In this document: piece after piece, positions 56,101-62,105 of the stretch
Layout: each line of letters starts with the position of its first letter
Position numbering within the stretch: position 1 is the first letter of the stretch
Assembly: GCA_964540105.1 (NCBI GenBank)
Contig: CAZILL010000001.1
Coordinates: 1,034,063 to 1,098,062 of the forward strand
Length of the DNA stretch: 64,000 nt
Direction: 5' to 3'
DNA from: an uncultured Ignavibacteriales bacterium
GTDB taxonomy: Bacteria; Zixibacteria; MSB-5A5; GN15; FEB-12
Translations under genes and position numbers: made by a program
Notes under the pieces: model-generated
What the model was told of the DNA's origin: nothing
Seen by the model: the letters and a program-made list of their open reading frames with translations, nothing else
Databases searched by the model: none

Positions 56101-56651
56101 ACGATGTGGGGAAAGACGAATCGTCAATCAAGTACTTCCACCCCAACCAGGACGCCGCGCCAAGCCCTATTCAGTATCAGGCTGTGCTGGTTGTTCGATT
56201 GCTGCTGAGCTGTCAATTCACTCACGGCGCCTGGACCGGCAATCAACAGGCCGTTCGCGTGTTCCGGCTTCAACAACAATGGGAGTCATACGAGACCCCC
56301 TCAAACCCACCAGCCGGCAAGGGTTACTTTCGATTGGTGGGCGGATCCGGTGAGATCAAGAACATTTTCGTGCATTTTATGGCCGGCTTTCTCCCTTCGA
56401 ATTCCACGAGCGCCGCCTTGGCCAACAACAACTACGCCCTTGACTTCCATCACGCCAACGCGCCTGCGACCGGGACGAGAATCCCGAACACGGGCGGTTC
56501 CGTCATTATCTATGACAATGTAACGGCGGACGAATTTGTGCGCTATGCGCTGAACATAATCAATCCGGCGGCGCCGCTGGGTCAAATGAGCTATCTTAAG
56601 ACATGGACCGACGCCCGCCTGGGCGATTCCTATACTCTGGAGCAGTTCTGA
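53118..56651 (+). CDS. Leaderless 1177-aa protein: interrupted OmpA-like peptidoglycan-binding domain plus C-terminal HExxHxxGxxD zinc-metallopeptidase motif (candidate T6SS cargo effector)
   Basis: The OmpA_C blocks VLFHHDSAVMMPE, IIIAGHTDTSGGATYNFKLSDLRSKNV and RSQTNRRVEIRFF are separated by an insert of about 130 aa. That insert contains PGSIDNNWDSPLEQALTAFVNYYN, which resembles PG_binding_1. HTMAHELGHATGQPDEY lies at nt 55689-55727. There is no signal peptide or TM segment. Confidence 0.7.
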   Translation: MTLPPSKVKFAVTSKGALPPTHQKFEVQQERTVVHILEMEDVLFHHDSAVMMPENPEGTSSTQGGGATPEQTKISGVKALALVFKQFEFNPKQKIIIAGHTDTSGGATYNFKLSDLRSKNVLYLLIGSQNDWAKICHEKQKIEDHKQILTWVFKKRHWPCNPGSIDNNWDSPLEQALTAFVNYYNMEYADKKKVARLDDNMVTIVKADGQKRWPVQLWEAVYNLYNDELCEVLADTPEQLDKRRLDTLRFVEDSKPYVACGESFPIQAKDKSDYRSQTNRRVEIRFFDEGEAPALDCPKDVSAVHKEKDCPLYHPDLYDPKYISPSDLYAVMYHVCFRFYDRIAKKLRDVPRGITIKAFENDTVPVDIVQEEVVKSNDSCVYALKLQFKTALNDPNRKKLHFEFTTDSQWVFTDSDKVAPTVVTKKVDEVKKLALPDRFKYYDLPLRWSSRNYWTRYDGDMATGERFENVLTVQKKLKPFGGNVTAPDTPLIFCLDDLVLLDVKDGTQNIYDCDHIHPNCDVVAVDKGKPLSEKSRVKIFFVDQTKGLLNLYQPDATKPMSSRIPFKVNLLPTKADDSANARIVFFRDGFYTIGDKRAVADASYDPAKHVLGARAAVRNDTDFHLHWPMGYNHTEFGSTGDYDLHYFHHQHLDGKHPVSYTISYVSISFMIDSRRQPANPPAPAAPINPKPSKADVKQFVDEFVYDAVRHWNKKQYFLEEKPVTETSVVIRPFYFFDERETFVVPDPQPDNIDFDTRPDPAHPAVSNFTELFSNVKAPSILKARQDALGGKSKFLALVCRDENGHWGPAYQWAIRTEGYLYSLFKLNKSGGTDQNDVFNPKVPVTEHGDSFGAHTMAHELGHATGQPDEYVKTLYKPDPNDNYASPDFDQFMIQLSMPENVTSMMFHNGAPRLHHLWYPMHQIMEATKAAPLKTLLPDKTFVARLKRDTWDITYTRSLTAVGPSTRPADMALPMAQTAQFEVAHSPLKRLNLALYDVGKDESSIKYFHPNQDAAPSPIQYQAVLVVRLLLSCQFTHGAWTGNQQAVRVFRLQQQWESYETPSNPPAGKGYFRLVGGSGEIKNIFVHFMAGFLPSNSTSAALANNNYALDFHHANAPATGTRIPNTGGSVIIYDNVTADEFVRYALNIINPAAPLGQMSYLKTWTDARLGDSYTLEQF

Positions 56652-56657
56652 AAAGAG

Positions 56658-57860
56658 ATGATGCACGCAAAGCGATGGCTGCTGTTGTTTGGAGTGGCGC
56701 TGATGCCCGCAGCTTCATGCCATTCGGGCAAACAGGAGGTAACCGTGGCTAACCCCGTCTTACTTAACACAACCTTGTATGGCGATCGCCAGAATAGCTC
56801 CTCGCTTCCCGTCGACGGCCGACCGGACGGCGAAGCGGTCTGGGAGAAGCCGTCGATCCTGGCCGATCAGCCGCGCCCGGCTCTTCATTTGGCGATTGCC
56901 GATTCACTTCTCCTGGTATCGTACGGGGGAGTGATCGACGCTCGTCGGCTCGACAACGGTGAGCCGATCTGGCGCCGCCAGGTAGGTGGAAACGCACTCT
57001 TTGATCTGAGGCCAGAAGGGCTCGTGACCCTCGATCCTGGCGGCTTCTATCAACTCATCGCCATGAACCAGAAACTGACAGAACCGATCTCTTTGCCGTT
57101 TCTCTCATCAAAGGCAATTCTCCACTATAGCCGCCGTCTTGGGGATGAAATGCTTTATTGCTACGAGAGTATCCCTACGCCCACCAACAGCCCGGGCGAT
57201 GAATTCGGCGGCCCCAACTTCTCTCTGTATCGTTTCAATCTCAAAACCGATGATTTCGCGTGGCAATTCCGGCGACCTGAGAATGTTGTCACAGTCATAG
57301 AATCACCTGATGGCGCGCAGGTTGGGGTAGCAACCGGCCAGAATCTGTATCTACTCCCTGCTGAGGCTCGCTCAGACAGCGCAGTCTCGACGATCAGCTT
57401 CACACGTCTGGTTTCCTGTTCATGCGACCACGCCGCACGGATTCTCGCAGTCGTGGAGTTCCCGCAGGAAGAAGGTGGGCTCACCCTGCAGGCAATCAAC
57501 GCCAAGCACGAAGTGGAGTGGAAATTACCTCTTGGTGAGACGGTCCCGTCCCTGCAGCCGCCATCCGTCGGTCCCGGGGATGCCATCTACTTGATAGTAG
57601 ATGCCAAATTGCTGAGCGTAAGCGCTGGGGCAATCACGTGGACAGCGCCTATTCCGGGTAACGCCAACGAAGCTCGACTGACCGTGCTGAAAGATGGCTC
57701 GGTCCTCTGTGCCGCAGGAAGAACCCTGCTGCACATTTCATCACGAGGCGACATCCAGATGAACAAGCCGCTCAAAGAGGCGGCAACCTGTCGACCGATC
57801 ATGGACTCTCGCGGTCGAGTGATTGTCGCGGGACTGAACAGTGTAATCTGTATTGAGTGA
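56658..57860 (+). CDS. Lipoprotein with a BamB/PQQ-like beta-propeller appearance (candidate immunity protein)
   Basis: A signal peptide plus lipobox-like MPAASC is present. Repeated roughly 40-aa strand-rich units have W/G patterns (GEPIWRRQVGG, DFAWQF, EVEWKLPLG and ITWTAPIPG). The function is contextual inference. Confidence 0.55.
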   Translation: MMHAKRWLLLFGVALMPAASCHSGKQEVTVANPVLLNTTLYGDRQNSSSLPVDGRPDGEAVWEKPSILADQPRPALHLAIADSLLLVSYGGVIDARRLDNGEPIWRRQVGGNALFDLRPEGLVTLDPGGFYQLIAMNQKLTEPISLPFLSSKAILHYSRRLGDEMLYCYESIPTPTNSPGDEFGGPNFSLYRFNLKTDDFAWQFRRPENVVTVIESPDGAQVGVATGQNLYLLPAEARSDSAVSTISFTRLVSCSCDHAARILAVVEFPQEEGGLTLQAINAKHEVEWKLPLGETVPSLQPPSVGPGDAIYLIVDAKLLSVSAGAITWTAPIPGNANEARLTVLKDGSVLCAAGRTLLHISSRGDIQMNKPLKEAATCRPIMDSRGRVIVAGLNSVICIE

Positions 57861-58309
57861 GGATTCAAGATATGGCGCAAACGACCACCATGCCCACTTT
57901 CTCTCTCCTCCCTCCCAATGGTTGGGAGGATCAGACTGTCTATACGTTTAGGGGTCCCGACGACAGCGGGCATCAGCACTTTGTGACCTTGACCATCGAC
58001 CCCTCACCGGGCTCCGATGATGTCGCTGAATTCGCCCGAGTGCGGATCGATGCCACCCTCACCACTCTGCAGGGAGCTGAAACCCTCAAAGACGAGCCGA
58101 AAGAGCTTCCGAACGGTAATCCGGCTCATGAGTGTGTCTATAAGTGGATACCGGTTGACGGGACGGTGCGGTTCGTGAAGATTGTCTTTCTGTTGATTGG
58201 CGGTCGCGGGTACACATTCTCGGGGACTTTCTCCAGAAAGACCATCAAGACCATTGCCCTCGAGATGGATCAGATGGTGAACAGCTTCACTCCAACGCTT
58301 TCCAAATGA
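57857..58309 (+). CDS. DUF1795 (DcrB/Eag-type effector chaperone family)-like protein
   Basis: PTFSLLPPNGWEDQTVYTFRGP...FVTLTIDP...L..F...RIDATLTTLQG...YTFSGTF fits the DUF1795 F-x-LP-x-GW-x-D-x-T/S-V opening and size (about 145 aa). The GTG at 57857 overlaps the upstream stop; an alternative ATG lies at 57872. Confidence 0.6.
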   Translation: MRIQDMAQTTTMPTFSLLPPNGWEDQTVYTFRGPDDSGHQHFVTLTIDPSPGSDDVAEFARVRIDATLTTLQGAETLKDEPKELPNGNPAHECVYKWIPVDGTVRFVKIVFLLIGGRGYTFSGTFSRKTIKTIALEMDQMVNSFTPTLSK

Positions 58310-58325
58310 GTGAACGAAGATAGCC

Positions 58326-59192
58326 ATGGAACTGAAATTCTCCAAAGCCACTGACACGCCGCATAAGATCAAACTGGAATCGGACCTGATCGAAACCAGC
58401 TGGGCGAGTGGCGTCGCATATATGGGACTGCCGGCCGCATTTGTCGTTCGGACCTCCTTTGTCGGCAATGGCGCATCGGTCGAAGTCACGGGTAAGTCCG
58501 ATAAGGGGAAGAAGTGCGGTAAAGTCAAGGGTGAGATTTCCAACAACGCCTTCATGGGCGCTCTGGATATTCCCGACAATCTTGACCCAAAGGACAAGGT
58601 CTATTTCGAAGTGAAGCTCCCCAAGCATGGCCTGAACGGGGATTCGGACCTCATCCCGGTCAAGCCTGGTGTGCTCGTGACGAACATGAAGTGGAGCGCC
58701 AAAGAGGCGCGGCGTGGAGAGATTCTCACCCTTTCGGCCGACGTCCGTGGGGCTGCCGACGATACCGAGGTTCTGGTCACGATATACGAGTTTGATCGGG
58801 ACAGTATCCACGACAAGATTGCCGAGCTGAAGGCGGTGGTGAAGAACCAGCAGATCAGGTTGGACTGGGAGTATCAGTACTTCGAGGACACCGACGAAAT
58901 CCCGTCCGACGCCGAGCTGCAGCGATACGGTCGCAGCTACAACCCGCCGGAGTACTTTTTCACGGTGAAAGTGGAGAAGCAGGAATTCGGCAAGAAGCAA
59001 CAGGACTCCGGCCTGCTGGAGTTCAAAGACTGGATCGAGATTGAGGCTATTGATGACAGCGGACAGCCGATCAAGAATGCCAAATACAAAGTAACCCTCC
59101 CCGATGGAACTGAGCGAGAAGGTAGTCTCGATCAAAACGGACGGGCGCGCCTGGAGGATATTCCTCCCGGTGAATTCACCGTGGATCTCTGA
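58326..59192 (+). CDS. Hypothetical protein paralogous to the C-terminal extension of the PAAR protein (candidate adaptor)
   Basis: Residues about 122-288 align by eye with PAAR-protein residues about 217-380 (ORF-track numbering). Matching pairs are KWSAKEARRGEILTLSADVRG/EWSVKSARVGDTVKLKAETSG, RLDWEYQ/EAEWELQ, YFFTVKV/FYFVVKT, LEFKDWIEIE/LEYKDWIELE and KYKVTLPDGTEREGSLDQNGRA/EYKLFLPNGEVRKGKLDGNGYA. Confidence 0.6.
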   Translation: MELKFSKATDTPHKIKLESDLIETSWASGVAYMGLPAAFVVRTSFVGNGASVEVTGKSDKGKKCGKVKGEISNNAFMGALDIPDNLDPKDKVYFEVKLPKHGLNGDSDLIPVKPGVLVTNMKWSAKEARRGEILTLSADVRGAADDTEVLVTIYEFDRDSIHDKIAELKAVVKNQQIRLDWEYQYFEDTDEIPSDAELQRYGRSYNPPEYFFTVKVEKQEFGKKQQDSGLLEFKDWIEIEAIDDSGQPIKNAKYKVTLPDGTEREGSLDQNGRARLEDIPPGEFTVDL

Positions 59193-59369
59193 TGGATTTT
59201 ACGAATAGCTCGACGATTGGCGATTTGTGAATGATGCTCACAAGGGACGCTCATGTGTGATGGCAGCAGAGGCCGTGCCAGAGGCCGGAGCGGCGGGCGA
59301 ACCCGCGTAACGGTCGAACCGCAACTCGTGGAGCCAGCGGTCAGAGTGTCGCGCGTCTCCGTGCAGGAC

Positions 59370-60485
59370 ATGGCCGAGACGCATCATGTCGGCACACTCA
59401 CAAACACCTTTCATGGCGAGAATTTCAGCCAGGAAGAACAGCGCATCGCATTGGAGGCTAACGCTCTTTTCGAAGTCGCTCTCAACGTCCGAACCGTGAA
59501 TTACGTGACCGTTGTTCGACCACGCCGAGCGGGGGCAGCCGCCGCTGCCGGTGAGTTTATGCTCTTTAATGTCGTGCCCAACACCAATACCGGCACACTT
59601 GATATCTTCAAAATTGGCACCCCTCCGACCGCCCTCCCGAGTGACAACGACGTAGCGACCGTCACGCGGCGCTTGAATAGTTATGGAATCGCTTTCGACA
59701 ACGCCTGGCGAGACCAGGATAAGCGCGTCGCCTTGATGGCTCTCAACATATTGACCGATCAGGAACTTGAGCGTGTTCGGGGGCTTCACTTTCGGCGCAG
59801 AGGTACCGCGCCTCCTGAGGTTCATCAAAACGAATCTGAGCAAGAGGGGGGCGCCTATTGGGATAGCCAGCACACGGTGGACATATATAACCTCGGTATG
59901 GTTAATGGCGCGCTCATGTCGCTTGGCACGAATTCGACGAATCTCCTGCCGGGCTGTGCGCAGACAGTCCTGCATGAGGTAGGGCATGCTCTCGCGTTTG
60001 CCGAAGTCCGGCTCGCCGGCGAACGAAATCGTGAGGCACGGGCAAACCTCTTGAGGGAACGCGAGCGAATTTCTAATCGCTGGCCCGACTATTTCAGGGT
60101 CCGAAACCCGGATCCCGACCACTACGAGTATCAGTACGAGCAACCAAGCACGGTGCCGACCAGCGATCGGCCTGCCTATAGTTCTGACCTACAGAGCCTC
60201 AGGAGTGCAGAGAATGCCTTTTCAACAGCCAATCGCAGTTACACCGGCATGGACCAAAGCCACATGGCTGCAGATTTCCAGCGGATCCAGCGTCAGTTGG
60301 CTCCAGTGACTCCGTACAGCCGAACACGGCGCGCCAATATGGGGCGAGATGCCGAGCGCGTCCGGGCTGCATCGGAAGAGTTCCTGGCCGACAGCTTTGC
60401 CATATACCGATGGAATCCGGAGTGGCTTCGTGCCAATCGCCGAACCGTTTTTGACTTTTTCGACCAGAACCGTCATCTTCGATGA
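59370..60485 (+). CDS. Leaderless HExxH zinc-metallopeptidase-like protein (candidate second effector)
   Basis: TVLHEVGHALAFAE (HEVGH at nt 59973-59987) is present, with possible downstream ligand or stabilising Glu residues (EEFLADSFAIY). There is no signal peptide. I preferred the start at MAETHH (59370). The ORF-track start at 59253 adds an Arg/Gly-rich low-complexity leader. Confidence 0.55.
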   Translation: MAETHHVGTLTNTFHGENFSQEEQRIALEANALFEVALNVRTVNYVTVVRPRRAGAAAAAGEFMLFNVVPNTNTGTLDIFKIGTPPTALPSDNDVATVTRRLNSYGIAFDNAWRDQDKRVALMALNILTDQELERVRGLHFRRRGTAPPEVHQNESEQEGGAYWDSQHTVDIYNLGMVNGALMSLGTNSTNLLPGCAQTVLHEVGHALAFAEVRLAGERNREARANLLRERERISNRWPDYFRVRNPDPDHYEYQYEQPSTVPTSDRPAYSSDLQSLRSAENAFSTANRSYTGMDQSHMAADFQRIQRQLAPVTPYSRTRRANMGRDAERVRAASEEFLADSFAIYRWNPEWLRANRRTVFDFFDQNRHLR

Positions 60486-60647
60486 ATCAGCGAAATGGGC
60501 TATCGACAGGTATACTCCAGAACAAACCGCTTGACATAGTAGGTCGGTAATGCGGATATTTCTGATCGCACAGTCCGGCCCTTTGGGATGAATGCCGGAA
60601 GGTAACTGTTCCAGAAGATATAAGAGGCAAGGATTGCGGTATAACGA

Positions 60648-62105
60648 ATGGATATAGCTAATTACTCTTCCGACGCTCGCGCAGTGATCAAGAATGCCCG
60701 CGAAGTTGCGGCCAGCTTCCGGCACCCGGAAATCTACATCGAACATCTGCTCATGGCGACCATCCGCCATGAAGGCTCAGAAGTTGAGTCAATCCTCAAC
60801 CAGCTTGGCAAGAGCAAAGTGTTCGTCGAATCAATCATCGAAGAACATCTCAAATCTCAACCCTCCAAGATGTCAGCTCGTGACAATCTCACTATCGCGC
60901 CACCGGTGCAGGATGTGCTCATTCAGGCGATCGAGGAAAAGGCCAAGCTGTTCGATGCTCTCGTTGAACCACATCATATCTTCATCGCGATTCTCGACCC
61001 GAAATCGCATCTCTCCGGTTACATTCGCGAGAAAATCGACATTACGAAGGAAGATATCTATCGCGGCATCGCGGAAAGCAAGTCGGTGGCCGAAATCACG
61101 TCGAAAACGACCGTTGCTGGAGCCACGGGTGGTTCCGAAGCCACAGGAGAGGTGGCCGGAACCCTGCGCTATTGCATCGATCTGACCAACCAGGCGGCCG
61201 CCGGTGAGTTCGACGTGTGCGTGGGGCGCGAAAAGGAAGTTCAGCAGGTCATCCAGATTCTTCTTCGCCGCCGGAAAAACAGCCCGATCCTCGTCGGGGG
61301 AGCTGGTGTCGGGAAAACCGCCATTGTCGAAGGATTTGCGCGGGCGATCATCGATAAGAAAGTTCCCGCCGCCCTGTGTGATGCTAAAGTCATGGGGGTC
61401 GACATGGGGGCGTTGGTCGCTGGGGCCAAGTACAAAGGGGAATTCGAAGAGCGCTTCAAGAGTTTGGTCAGCGAAGTGGTCAAGACGGCGGGCAAGATCA
61501 TCCTGTTCATCGACGAAATCCACACCATCGTCGGCGCCGGTAACGGGGGAGGCGGCATGGACGCTGCTAATCTGCTCAAGCCCGCGCTGGCGCGCGGTCA
61601 GATTCGGCTGGTAGGCGCAACCACCGAAGAGGAATACATCAAGTACATCGAGAAGGACAAAGCCCTCGACCGGCGTTTTGAAAAGGTCAAGGTCGCTCCT
61701 CCGAATTACGATGAAGCTGTCCGTATTGTCAGCGGAGTCATTCCCAAGTACGAAACCCACCACAAGATTGTCTACTCCGCGGAAGCCATTACCGGATCGG
61801 TTCGTTACGCCCAGCGATACCTCAGCGAACGAAATCTCCCTGATATCGCGCTTGATATCATCGACGAAGCCGGGTCGGAGTTCAGCGTGAAAGAGGAGTT
61901 CGCCCGAGTAATCGTGCCGACGATCTCAACGCAGATCACGGAAATCGAGAAACTGGTTGCCGCGTGTGAAGGCAAGAGGGTGGCGACGGACAAGGAACCG
62001 TTTGACAAACTAAACATGGCCTACACCGAATTCACCCGCCTGGTTGACCGTCTTCAAGGTTACTGGGGACATCGTGCCGAAGTGGCGAAGGAGGCGAAGT
62101 CATGA
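60648..62105 (+). CDS. clpV: ClpV/ClpB-type AAA+ ATPase, N-terminal half (Clp_N domain, D1 ring, first part of middle domain)
   Basis: Clp_N repeats (ARAVIKNAREVAASFRHPEIYIEHLL) are present. D1 Walker A is GGAGVGKTAIVEG and Walker B is IILFIDEIHTIVGAG. KPALARGQIRLVGATT and a coiled-coil tail follow. It stops inside the middle domain. Confidence 0.85.
   Translation: MDIANYSSDARAVIKNAREVAASFRHPEIYIEHLLMATIRHEGSEVESILNQLGKSKVFVESIIEEHLKSQPSKMSARDNLTIAPPVQDVLIQAIEEKAKLFDALVEPHHIFIAILDPKSHLSGYIREKIDITKEDIYRGIAESKSVAEITSKTTVAGATGGSEATGEVAGTLRYCIDLTNQAAAGEFDVCVGREKEVQQVIQILLRRRKNSPILVGGAGVGKTAIVEGFARAIIDKKVPAALCDAKVMGVDMGALVAGAKYKGEFEERFKSLVSEVVKTAGKIILFIDEIHTIVGAGNGGGGMDAANLLKPALARGQIRLVGATTEEEYIKYIEKDKALDRRFEKVKVAPPNYDEAVRIVSGVIPKYETHHKIVYSAEAITGSVRYAQRYLSERNLPDIALDIIDEAGSEFSVKEEFARVIVPTISTQITEIEKLVAACEGKRVATDKEPFDKLNMAYTEFTRLVDRLQGYWGHRAEVAKEAKS

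Noticed and set aside
59253-59369. An Arg/Gly-rich 39-codon leader on the second HExxH protein, and the 301-aa antisense ORF 59238..60143.
   Set aside because: The leader is low-complexity (SRGRARGRSGGRTRV), typical of GC-rich non-coding sequence read in frame. The antisense ORF overlaps a sense frame that carries the HEVGH motif and has no features of its own.
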